Shown here piece after piece: positions 12,211 through 24,035 of a DNA stretch of 56,085 nt. The notes under the pieces were generated by a model. It was not told where the DNA came from. It ran no database searches and was given only the letters and a program-made list of their open reading frames with translations. Source of the DNA: Chiloscyllium plagiosum (taxonomy: Eukaryota); assembly GCF_004010195.1 (NCBI RefSeq), contig NC_057718.1, positions 27,117,733-27,173,817 of the forward strand, read 5' to 3'. Every line of letters starts with the position of its first letter. The first letter of the stretch is position 1. Position numbers and translations under genes: made by a program.

Positions 12211-13340
12211 TCCTGAGAAAGGTCCCACTCTCCAATGTGAACATCTGCCTTGCTGGCTTACCCACTTAATCCTTCAATTAGGATGATGCATGATTTCCAA
12301 CCATGTCCAGGAGGAAGTTCCATCTAATATAACTGCCAGCCAGTCAGACGTTACCATCACTGCATGATGGCGGCATCGACATAAGCAGTGGCCAATGACA
12401 GTACTGTGGGAAATCAAGAAGGCAGCATTCTGCACTAGATTCTGTCATTCAGGTACACCTGGAGCCAGGCACAGGTCATGGGGGGGGCGGTTGGATTGTG
12501 ACACATATTGGACAAGTATGACGGGGTACAAAGATGGATGATGGAGGCCAAGATGGGAAAGGGAATTAGCACTAGGGGTGTTGGCAGGAATTATCTATAA
12601 ATGTCCCTAAAGAATAGTTTCACTGGCCAGCAGACAGCTGAACTTCATCCTGCCAGTCACATCAGATTGAGCTCTGGACTCTTCTACTGCTCCCAAAATT
12701 AAAGTGAAATGAAATCCTTAATTCGGCATTAAACCATTTCATGGGGGTTATAAGTAGGCCATGGGCAGGCAACCCAATGGAAGCCTCCTCTGCTGCTCAT
12801 AACATCATGGTGGAGGAAGTGGGCTGGCAGCAGGAATGGTACAAGTAACATAGCACCCTTAACATACAGATCCACCCGCATGCTTTCCTTCCCAAGGATA
12901 ATTCAGCCCAACCTTTAAAATTCAGCCTATGGTGAAATTTTGCCAAATAATAGAATTTATGCAAGAGTGTCGATGTTTACTGGTTTGAGCTGTTATCCCT
13001 TGCATCTTTTTGCTAAGTTCATGACCCTACTTTGAACATTGATTGCTTTCCCAAAGTTACGCCTGCTTTCCTGCTGTGATTCTTCTTGCTTAAATTTGTT
13101 TTGCTTTGTTTGTGGCTTTTTTGGGTGGCATTGCCCATTTCCCTTTCAGCTTCACCATCACCACTATTTGCCAACACCTAAAAGCTATCTTCCCTGGGAC
13201 TCTGCAGCTGTGTCAATCATTCTATGTTCGCCCACAGCCTCTGCTCAATAGTGCTGCCCTTAATGCTGTTCCACTCTAACTTGTTGCAATGTACACAATT
13301 GACTTCCCTTAACCTCCATCATTGTCAACTCCAGAGTTTT

Positions 13341-13661
13341 TTAGATTAGATTCGATTCCCTACAGTGTGGAAACAGGCCCTTCGGCCCAACCAGTCCACA
13401 CCAACCCTCCAAAGAGAAACCCACCCAGACCCATTTCCCTCTGACTAATGCACCTAACACTATGGGCAATTTAGCATGGCCAATTCACCTGACCTGCACA
13501 TCTTTGGACTGTTGGAGGAAACCGGAGCACCCAGAGGAAACCCACGCAGACACAGGGAGAATGTGCAAACTCCACACAGACAGTCACCCGAGATTGGAAT
13601 CAAACCTGGGATCCTGGCGCTGTGAGGCAGCAGTGCTAACCACTGAGCCACCATGCCACCC
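13341..13661 (-). mobile_element. HE1 SINE
   Basis: Full head-to-tail copy with a TAATC-type tail. Confidence 0.9.
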
Positions 13662-13833
13662 CTTGAATGCACTCTGCCCACAATTCCTTAGCTAAATGCT
13701 GCTTTCAGATCTTTCTGAAAAATGGGTATGGTAGGGACATCCACCTCTCGCTCACCAAAGCCATCATTTTGACTCTGAGCAAATGGATTTCTTCTTCTCC
13801 TTGACTTCTTGCCCAGGCTAAACTGAGACCTTG

Positions 13834-14853
13834 GATTAGTGGTGCTGGAAGAGCACAGCAGTTCAGGCAGCATCCAAGGAGCAGCGAAATCGACGTTTTG
13901 GGCAAAAGCCCTTCATCAGGAATAAAGGCAGTGAGCCTGAAGCATGGAGAGATAAGCTAACAAAGTTTAAAAAAAAACACCAGGTTATAGCCCAATAGGT
14001 TTATTTGGAAACACTAGCTTTTGGAGCGCTGCTCCTTCATCAGATGGTTATCCACCTGCTGAAGGATTCAGTACTGATCCCTGTGGAACACCTGGTCACA
14101 GGCCTCCAGTCCCAGAAAAACCCTCCACCACCACCCTCTTTCTTCCTGTCAAGCCAATTTTGTATCCAGTTGGCAAGCTGTCCCTGAATTCCACGTGATT
14201 AACTTTTCTAATTAGTCCACCATGCAGAACCTTCTCAAAAGCTTTACTAAAATCCATGTAAACAATGCCTACCACAGTCGTCATTAATTCTTTGGATACT
14301 TGCTGAAAAAAATTAAATCAAATTTGTGAGAGACAATTTTCCTCGCACACAACCATGCTGACTATTCTAAATCTGTCCTCACCTCTCCAAATACGTCTCG
14401 TTTTTCAGAATCACCTTCAACAACTTTGCCATCAATGATATTAGACTCAGGTTTGTAGTTTCCAGGCTTCTCCATACAGCCTTTCTTAAGTGAAGGCACA
14501 ATAGTAGCTACCCTCCAGTCCTCTTCCACTTAACCTGTGGTTATAGGTTTTAAAAAAAAGTCTCTGCTGGGGCCCTGCAATTTTTTAGATGTAAAAACAA
14601 TGACTGCAGATGCTGGAACCAGATTCTGGATTAGTGGTGCTGGAAGAGCACAGCAGTTCAGGCAGCATCCAAGTAGCAGCGAAATCGACGTTTCGGGCAA
14701 TGCTTCAGGCTCACTGCCATTATTCCTGATGAAGGGCTTTTGCCCGAAATGTCAATTTCGAAGCTCCTTGGATGCTGCCTGAACTGCTGTGCTCTTCCAG
14801 CACCACTAATCCAGAATCTAGTTTCCAGCATCTGCAGTCATTGTTTTTACCTC
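13834..14853 (+). mobile_element. Composite PLE fold-back insertion (family A arms enclosing a family-B pLTR piece and a CR1 fragment), 16-bp TSD
   Basis: TSD CTAAACTGAGACCTTG at 13818-13833 and 14854-14869. CR1 RT (YMDFSKAFEKV) lies on the minus strand at about 14070-14580. Confidence 0.8.
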
Positions 14854-14949
14854 CTAAACTGAGACCTTGCCAGTTTGTTCAACTCATAGCTATGTTTTGA
14901 AATCCTTATCTTGTGTTGGATAAGGCTGAAGATAACAGAAATCGATAAG

Positions 14950-15150
14950 AAATGAACTGCCAGAGGAGGTGGTGGAGGCTGGTACAATTACAAGATTTAA
15001 AAGGGATCTGGATGGGTAAATGAATAGGAAGGGTTTTGAGGGATATGGGCCAAGTGCTGGCATTTGGGACTACAGTAGGTTAGGATATCTGGTCAGCATG
15101 GACGAGTTGGACCGAATGGTCTGTTTCCATGCATTACGTCTCTATGCTTC
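14950..15150 (+). mobile_element. CR1 LINE 3' end
   Basis: AATGAACTGCCAGAGGAGGTGGTGGAGGCTGG...GGACCGAA..GGTCTGTTTCC. Confidence 0.85.
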
Positions 15151-17104
15151 TAAAACGCTTTACAGTGGGCTGTAATGTGAGAGGAATTATGCTAATTCAT
15201 TCAGGTTTTTTAAGAGCTACGATTGCAGGAAATCAGTAACTGCTGTCTCTTCCAAATAAGGCATGCACATGGACAAAATGTTCAGGATTGGTAATGTGCA
15301 TACATAATTCCAAATAAGGCATGCACTTAGCACAGACACCTAGGTGTACAGAGCCTGAGGAAATTAGCTTTCAGCAGAACTTCAAAGATTAACAATGCAG
15401 GAGATACCCTCTGTCAGGAGGCATGGTGAAGATGTCAAGAAAAGTTCCAGCCTGGCCAGTTGCCAACTCTCCCAGCTAACAATGTTTCAGGTTCGTTACA
15501 GAACCCAGGGTAGTGAAAGACAGTGATGGAGACATCTCTCATAGTTAAAAACATCATTTAAGTACTTAATAAACTAATTGGGTTTTATAGAGCTGTAAGT
15601 GTATCTCTGTCTATGTATATACTGTTGTCTCTCAGAGATGGGCAACACCTGTTTATTATGAAGGTCACTTGTTTGTATTTCTAATACTTAATACCAACCA
15701 CCCGCCCACTGCCCCCTCCCCCCGACACACACACACACACCTGAACAACAGTAGCAACAGAATCCTTATTCACACCTTTACATTAGGCCCTAACATTTCC
15801 ACTATCTGCTTCAGTCCCAATCTTGCGAACTCCAAACTGTCCAACGCACAGTACAGACAGAGTCTGACAGGACCAAAGCCTGATGTGAGTGTGATCGTGG
15901 AGTTTGTGTATTGTGATAAAGCTATCACTAATGCATAGGGAAGGCAATTGCTCTCCATCTCTAGAAGCAACATACTAGTGGCAAACTTAAAATGCTGCTA
16001 TGAAAACAACTATCATTTTGATTCTAACTGTAGCCAGACTATGTTCTTAATTGCTAAGAATGGGCAAAGCATATGGCTGACCTGTGGATCCTCCCAAGCA
16101 ATGGTAGAGAAGTGTCTGGGAAACTGGAAAGGATCAATCTGTCCGAAGTACAGATTGCAATCTGTAGGAAACCACAAAATCACTGACAAATTCAGCACCT
16201 GCGAAACTGAGTTTCCACCCTGTAATCATTTTATCCTCATGCATCTTGTCCTCTAGAGTATAAACCTGTTATGACTTTAAAAAACAGTTCTAACTTATTT
16301 CCGAATTTCCATTTGAACTTCAAGACTATTTTGTAAACTAAACTTCAAACTGATTCTTCTCTTTGGTTCATATACCACAGTAGGCCCCAGTGCACTCAGA
16401 ATGAGCTTGCATGCCAGAGAGATGGATTTCTAGCTCGATATGAAGCTAATTATCACAGCATCATTTGATTGTGAATTGAAATGACAGAACTAACGAATAC
16501 AGACAAGACTTGGATCAGTTTCAGTTTTTTTAACATAAAGAGAAGTCAAATGAAGTAGTTTGCCTTTGCAAATACAAAGTTATTCATGTCCTCTTTTGTT
16601 TGCACCTGGTCAAACCGGTTTATCATTCACCCATTTCATGATTAACATTCATCAAACTAATTCAATCTATATTTGTGTTTAGAAAAGGTGAGGTAATGCA
16701 ACAGAACCACAAATGCCAAAAGGAAAAAAAGCAGGAAATGCGCAGCAGATTAATCAATACATGAAACACAAAAGTATATTAGCATTTTGGGTGTAAACTA
16801 TAACTCAACCTTCTCCTTCTTTCAGATCAGGTTTGTTCACCCACTTCCTGTTTTTATTCCACATACATCAGTAAGCAGAACTGCTTTTTGTCTTTGTTGC
16901 ATTGGCCAAAGTGTACACATTGAGATTTCTAATGTGATCATCCATTAATATGAGCTTCTGAAAAAAAAGATTATGAACAGAACTATTTTTAAAATGGCTA
17001 CTGTAAAACAACGTACTGCAGTATCAATGTAAACAATTAAACAGCAGATTCCAGAAATCTTCAAAAACAGACATTCAGCATCCAAGGAGAGAAGAGACTG
17101 AAGG

Positions 17105-17275
17105 AAATGTATCTATAGACCATCTAAATGAAAACGTTGCCCCTCAGGTTCCTTTTAAATCTTTCCCCTATCACCTTAAATGTATGTCCTCTAGTTTTAG
17201 ACTCTTCTACCCTTGTAAAAAGGCCTTGACTATTCACCTTAACTCTGCCCTCATAATTTTATAAACTTCTATCAC
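17105..17275 (-). mobile_element. CR1 LINE fragment
   Basis: Reverse complement of the EVYKIMR...FKVIGERFK segment. Confidence 0.7.
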
Positions 17276-17504
17276 AGTTTCTGGTTGTCAAAGTTCTGTT
17301 CTTGTCCTGTGGAATTGGGTCATCAGTGGTTATTTAGTATATGCGGACAACCTGGCATTAAAACTACTCAGGTATCCTACTGCCAAGGTTGGTGTAGTTT
17401 GGTACTCGCCCATCTGGCCAATCACCCTGATGATCTTACCCACATGCCTGCGTGATAATTAAATGTTCCTTCAGTTTAGCCAGGATGGATAGGTAACCGG
17501 AGTT

Positions 17505-17732
17505 AAAAGGTGTGGCGCTGGAAAAGCACAGCAGGTCGGGCAGTATCTGAGGAGCTGGAGAATCAACGTTTCAGGCATAAGCCTTTTATCAGGATACAGC
17601 ATTCCTCATGAAGGGCTTATGCCCAAAACATCGACTCTCCTGCTCCTTGGATGCTGCCTGACCTGCTGTGCTTTTCCAGCAACACACTTTTTGACTCTGA
17701 TTTCCAGCATCTGCAGTCCTCACTTTCTCCAC
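17505..17732 (+). mobile_element. PLE fold-back element (family A-related) with decayed HHRs, 12-bp TSD with one mismatch
   Basis: TSD GTAAC(C/T)GGAGTT at 17493-17504 and 17733-17744; inverted arms. Confidence 0.85.
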
Positions 17733-18250
17733 GTAACTGGAGTTGAGAAGTAGGTGGAATGTGAAATTCATTCTCGCTCATTTTGTACTCAAGTAGTTTT
17801 CCCAGTTTGCATGAATTTAAAACACCCTTTATAACCACATTGTCTATGCTATACCCTTCCCCATTGTCTATATTTATCTATCCAACCCATTACACCATTA
17901 TTCTCAGTAGTTGGTTAGGTATGTAGACAACTCCCTATTGTGTGTTGCAAGTTTTGCTTTCCCTTAATTTTGTTTCCTGATCAACAAAATCCTTTTTACT
18001 GCTGCTATTGTGTCTATTATGCTCTACCCCTTCCTTTTATAATCAATTCCAGGTCTGTTGAAAGTTCAGAGGGCATGAAGTGTATCACTCTAAATCTATC
18101 TTTAAGCCAGCTGTCTCTGTAGTGTCTAATGTATCAATCATTGTGCTTCTAACTTGCTTAATTTTCTTATTATGCCATGTAAAATCAAAAAGGGAACACT
18201 TATTTGGACTTCTGTACCCAACCTGCTCATCTTGGTTAACATATTTTTGA

Positions 18251-18412
18251 GCTGAAAATGTGTTGCTGGAAAAGCGCAGCAGGTCAGGCAGCATCCAAGG
18301 AACAGGAGAATCGACGTTTCGGGCATAAGCCCTTCTTCAGGAACGCTTTTCCAGCAACACATTTTCAGTTCTGATCTCCAGCATCTACAGCCCTCACTTT
18401 CTCTCAAAGATT
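18251..18412 (+). mobile_element. PLE fold-back mini-element with a 15-bp TSD
   Basis: TSD TTAACATATTTTTGA at 18236-18250 and 18413-18427. Confidence 0.9.
18313..18340 (-). ncRNA. Minimal hammerhead ribozyme motif, sense to calpain pre-mRNA (intron 2)
   Basis: Minus strand reads CTGAAGA-A-GGGC(TTAT)GCCC-GAAA-CGTC. Confidence 0.8.
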
Positions 18413-18664
18413 TTAACATATTTTTGACCCAATTAATTCAAGTCTGTTGCCACTTCTGTATTTACCTGATCTACAGGAACACTAGTGCCTCTCCCATCCT
18501 GGCGACCAAAGTGATCACATTCTCCAGCAAGCCAAAACCCTCCTTTCTGCACCAGTCTTTCAACCCTGCAGTTGCTGACTTCATGACGTCCACTTGGAAA
18601 GCAATACACCATCTAGCACTGCGAATTATCTTTACAAATCTCACCCTTTCTTCAATTCTTGTGT

Positions 18665-18763
18665 GAAAGTGAGGGCTGCAGAGGCTGGAGATCAGAGCTG
18701 AAAATTCTCCTGTTCCTTGGATGCTGCCTGACCTGCTGCGCTTTTCCAGCAACACATTTTCAG
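18665..18763 (-). mobile_element. PLE fold-back mini-element with a 14-bp TSD
   Basis: TSD TTCAATTCTTGTGT at 18651-18664 and 18764-18777; tail on the left. Confidence 0.85.
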
Positions 18764-20429
18764 TTCAATTCTTGTGTCCCTCAATCACCACATGCCCACT
18801 CATTCTCCTTTTAATGTTTCCTCCATTTGCTTCTTTGTATTTTATACTCGCTGATTTTGACCATATGGTATCTAAAGAGTTATGCTTCTTAAGCCAAATC
18901 GTGGATGATCACGGTTCTATCCTCGTCTGTTGCTTCCTGCCCAATGGTCACTAAGTCTCTTTAACAGTCCTACTGACCAGTAAAATTGGTTTGAAAAAAA
19001 TAGATATTCCGCCAAATGACATGAAGTGTATTAAATTGACTCTGAAGCAGAATTTAAAACTCTCTTCTGTGACAAACTTAGTAGTGAGTGAGCAGTTTAA
19101 TCAGGTGAGTGAGCAAGTGGCATGTGCAGACCACATTGCTTACCTGCATCCAACCCAATTACATCTTTGGGAAAAAACCCACTAAAAGGCCTCAATGCTG
19201 CCACCACTAGTACCAGCCCAGCAGCAGATCATGTGGCCTCCCAAGAGGAATGTAGTTAGTTGGGGGCTTTAAGGAGTGGACAGAGATTCCCTCCTTCAAC
19301 GGTACTTAGCGTCTGATTGAGGGAAACGGAATGAATGAGCAACATACCCACCTGCTCTTGCTGCTCCAGCATTAAATACCTGTGACCTGGGATCCAGTGG
19401 CATTACAAGGGCTCAGTTGGATGCAGTGTATCAGCAGTAACCATTGCCTCCCCATTGGTGCTACCTTTCAATAGAGCTGTCAGCCACTGATTGGCCATCA
19501 ACTTGCTATCCAGTTAAAAGCCCGAGTGGTATTTAACTTGAGGGTTGCTTTCCTACAACATGGTGACGGGGGTGAGATTTCAGGACTAGACCCTTGACAG
19601 CTAAAGACACAGTTGTCAACGGTAGAATGGTTAAAATTGCAAATGTGCAAGAGGAGAGAAATGGAGGAGCTCAAGTACCTTGGAAGATCACCAGGTTGTA
19701 CAGTTTACAGAGGGAGGAAGGAGTGAGGCTGTGACGGAATGTGAAAGCATTTTGAATCTGTATGTAGCTCAACTGGAAACTAACATTAGCCAAGTACACA
19801 GAGACGATTGATGAACCCAACTTGACAATATGAAGAGTGAGTTTTTGATGAACACAAATTTAGGGAGGGGGTAAGACACAAGTCCAACCAGAAGTGCAAT
19901 AATGAGCCAGTTGAAATATGTCCACATTATGCATGCCACACTTACTACTATTAACTTTGCTTTTGCCATACCTATTTACATAATCAGCTCAACAGAAATT
20001 CTTCTAAAAATTATTGCAATTTTAATTCATTAGAATGAGTGCAAAAGTGTGAAGAGCTTCCCATTGAGAGCCTTGTTATAAACAAGAATCTCAATTCCTT
20101 GCATCAGTTTATTTGTCAAATTACATTAAGCATGTCTTTAGGCTACAGTTTACCTGTCCTGACTTGCTCATGAAATTCTTTCATTTAATGTAATGGAAAA
20201 CTGTTGTTTGGAGACACTCACATGTGTAAAGGCAGAGGGAGTGGCTTTCAGAAGCCCCACCCTTCACCACCATCCATACTCCTGGCTCCCTCCAGGTTGC
20301 ATAACATGCGTGAGTTAAGAAGGACACCTGTGGACCTTCTCACCCAGAACTTAATGGCAAGAAGTGGGTAGGTTTCCTTCCAAGGCCAATTTGCCCAAAT
20401 TGGACCAAATTTATCCCACTCAGGTCAGT

Positions 20430-22010
20430 CTGCGAGCTCTCGGCTTCTTTCTCAACCAGAGGCCTGAACAATCCCCACTCTCCTCCGCCTGGCTGAACTT
20501 GTTCTCTTACTGAACAATTTCTCCATTAATCCATTTCACTTCTTCCAAGTCAAAGGAGTGGCTATGGGCACCTGCATGGCTCCCAATTATGCCTGCCTCT
20601 TTATGGAATATGTTGAACAATCCTGGCTCCAGTCTTACACTGGCCCCTACCTATAACCTTTCTTTCAGTACATTGACAACTTCTTCAGTGCCGCTTCATG
20701 CTGTCCCAGGACCTTGAAAACTTTGCCTCCAATTTCCACCCTTCTGTAATTTTCACATTGTCCATTTCTGACACCTCCATTTATTTCCTTGACCTGTCTG
20801 TCTCCATTTTAGTGAATAAACTGTCCACTGCGATCCATTACAAAGCCACTGTTTCCCATAACAACCTTCACTACAGCTCATCAGACCCCACATCCTGTAA
20901 GGACTCCATCCCATTCTCCCAGTTCCTTCGCCATCTGTTCAGATGCCGCCTCCCTCCAAAACAGCGCTGCTGACATGGCTTCCTTCTTCCATAACTGTGA
21001 TTTCCCACCCACTGTGGTTGACAGGGCCTTGAACCGCATTCCACCAATCACCCGTGTTTCCACCCTTGTACCCATCCCATCACTCACAACAGCATAATCA
21101 GGTCCCCCTGGGTCTCACTTTTCATCTCACCGACCTCTGTATAGAAAGGATCATTCTCTGCTATTTCAGACAACTCCAGCAGAACGCCACCAATAAACAC
21201 ATCTTCCCCAGACTCCCTGTCTACATTTTGCAGATATTGTTCCCTCCAGGACACCCTAGTCCATTCATCAACGGCTAACACCACTCCCTCCCCTTTCCCA
21301 CGGCGTCTTCCCATGTAACTGCAGAGGATGCATCACCTGCCTCTTCCCCTCTTCCCTGCTCACTATCGAAGGGCCAAAACAGTCTTTCCAGGTGAAGCAG
21401 CATTTCGCCTGTACCTTCTCCAATCTTGTGTATTGTATTCACTGTACCTAATGTGGCCTACTCTACATTGGAGAAACCAAACGCAGACTGGGTGACCACT
21501 TTGCGGACATCTCAGATCTGTGTGCAAACAGGACCCCGACATGCTCGCATGTCCCCATGTCTGTCCTCAGCATGCTGCAGTGTTCCAGTGAATCACAGCA
21601 CAAACTGGAAGAACAACATCTCATCTTCAGACTAGGCACTTTACAGTCTTCTGGACTTAACATGGAGTTCAACCCCTTCAAATTGTGAACCATTTCTTTT
21701 TTTTTTCTTTTAGCTTGTTATCATGTCCTCCTCTCTCCCATCCCACTTATTGTCCTTTCAAGTCTAGCAGGATTTCCGTCATTTAATATACCTTAGGAAT
21801 ATACTTTCTCCACCAGCACCCTACACACCCACAATCCCCACCACGACCACCACAACCGTCCACCCTCCCCCCAAACTATAGCATAAATGCTGCTTCCTCC
21901 ACGCTTCACTTCAGCTCTGAAGAAGTCTTCTAGACTCAAAACGTTAGCTTGCTGTCTTTCCAAGGATGCTTCCTGACCTGCTGTGATCTCCAGCATTTGT
22001 TGTTTTCATG
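20430..22010 (+). mobile_element. Penelope-like retroelement (decayed RT, GIY-YIG endonuclease and 3' pLTR with HHR remnant)
   Basis: RT motifs FLQVKGVAMGTCMAPNYACLFMEYVEQ and YIDNF; GIY-YIG LVYCIHC..CGLLYIGETKRRLGDH; AGCT-CTGAAGAAGTC...GACTCAAAACGTT-AGCT near 21913-21949. Confidence 0.9.
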
Positions 22011-22823
22011 TCTAAGTTTATGTGTATTTTTGACAGATGCTTGTAAGAGGTTCCCCATATCCTAACCACAAGGTCTAGGTCAATAACCTGTTTGCATCAT
22101 ATGCTCATATCTGCTTCGAACTGATTTCAACTGCAGCAGCAAGCTTCCTTTTTCTTAGAATTTTCAAATTTTACCACAATTAACGTAATCACCACAATTT
22201 TCAATTTACTCCACAGTTATATTGCAGCATGGATATCTGAATGTTGAAAAATGCACTAGGTATGAAGCATACCATTTCTTCAGGCCTTGCGTTACCACAC
22301 AGAAAATTTACTGGAAACTTACTGGAAAATTTAGGAAGGCTATAGCAACTTTCCATCCATTAATTTCAAATGGAAGGAATATCACAGGCAGTGCATTTAC
22401 TGATAAGCTGCTTGATGCATTCAAAGTTCTGTCAGCAACATTAAATCTTGAAAATTCTAACCGCATGTTTAAAATGGACAGGAACTGGCTATTATACTTC
22501 TGTAGGTAGCAGATTCCCTTCCAGTGTTCAAACCATAATCCAATCTCATAAGTGCCTTCCTTTGTTCAGCTTATGAGAGATGACTAGCAGGTCAGATCAT
22601 CTCACAGTTCTGCAAAAGCCAAGTTGCACAAGTGGGAAAGATGTTATTTAAAATACACAATATTCAGCCTGACTTTCCATTTTTCTCATTTCATGTTGTA
22701 ATTGTTCATTCCACCTTCACAAAAGCTGTTATGAGAATCCTCTCTCGCTTGCTCTTTCCCAGCATCTGAGAAACAAAGTCCTGCTTGCACACATCATAAG
22801 AAAAAGCCTACTCTCGGCACAAT

Positions 22824-22886
22824 CAGCTGGTCACACCTTTATAGGTTGCTATGGTTACTGGCCTTGGCAGTTTATCCCAACGTCAT
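22824..22886. promoter_or_regulatory. Candidate intronic cis-regulatory cluster (E-box, CArG/TATA, RFX X-box, CRE-like)
   Basis: CAGCTG at 22824-22829; CCTTTATAGG at 22836-22845; GTTGCTATGGTTAC at 22845-22858 (minus strand GTAACC-AT-AGCAAC); AACGTCAT near 22879-22886. Confidence 0.4.
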
Positions 22887-23537
22887 AAGTGTCAGGTTGC
22901 AGTTTAACATCTAATTTGCTGTTGTATACTTTGCTGCAAGGGGGGGAAACGAGAAGCCCAGCTCAAAAAGAAAACAGGAGTATGAGCTTGACTTGGAAGC
23001 AGAACCCCCAAATTTACTGTCACTGATTTAGACAGTGCCAACTGTTCACCGAAATGCATCAAAATTCCAATCCCGACAGAAAGAGGAGTGTGAGGGAGAT
23101 TCAGGAAGCGTCTTTTCATTGGCTTCAAAATATAGGAGATGTATTCCTCATTGGCCCCCAGCACTTAATTGACAAACCCAATTTAAATCCCTTTGATGGG
23201 TAGCATTGGAGACAGAAACCTTTCCACAACTGAGGGTCTCATTTTGCACAAAGAAAATCTTCATTCAAGGCCTAGGTAAACCAGGTTGATGCTGGTTACA
23301 GTTGAGATTTTAACACTGAGGTGGTTTGCGATATGCTCTTCCCCAGGGCACACTAAGAAAGGTGGAAAGGTTTGATGACTACCAGCAGAAAATTACAGTG
23401 CAGGCACGGATTAGATTGCATTGACACATACTATTGTGCAAAAAAGTAAAGGATGGTCCAACTACATACTCGATCAAGAAATCAGACGTTAACTTTCAGT
23501 TGACATTTCAAAGAAAATTAAAGCATGGCTTAAATGT

Positions 23538-23832
23538 GGGCGGCACGGTGGCACAGTGGTTAGCACTGCTGCCTCACAGCGCCAGAGACCCGGGTTCAAT
23601 TCCCGCCTCAGGCGAGGGCCGAAGGGCCTGTTTCCACACTGTAAGTAATCTAATCTAAGTCAGGTGAATTGGCCATGCTAAATTGCCCGTAGTGTTAGGT
23701 AAGGGGTAAATGTAGGGGGTATGGGTGGGTTGCGCTTCGGCGGGGAGGTGTGGACTTGTTGGGCCGAAGGGCCTGTTTCCATACTGTAAGTAATCTAATC
23801 TAATCTAATCTAAGTAAGTAAGTAATCTAATC
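23538..23832 (+). mobile_element. Rearranged young HE1 SINE
   Basis: tRNA head, then a premature 3' tail, then the rest of the body and a second (TAATC)n tail. Confidence 0.88.
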
Positions 23833-23834
23833 TT

Positions 23835-24035
23835 AAATAAATAAAATCAGAATGCTAGAAACACTTAGCAGTTCTGGCAGCATCGGGGGAGAGAGAAACT
23901 ATCAGTTACCTATCATCAGAACCAGTCTGAAATATTAGCCCTTTCCCTCTCTCCCCATATAGTGCTAGACCTGCATTTCCAGCATTCTCAGTTTTTATTT
24001 CAGATTTCTGTTGTCCATGATACTTTGCTTTTGTA
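23835..24035. mobile_element. Old PLE-derived fold-back remnant
   Basis: Inverted arms AAATAAAATCAGAATGCTAGAAA / TTTCCAGCATTCTCAGTTTTTATTT. Confidence 0.65.

Noticed and set aside
12200..12950. GC-richer patches (also about 19190-19570 and 20220-20420)
   Set aside because: Probably ancient interspersed repeats, but I cannot assign a family or boundaries from sequence alone.
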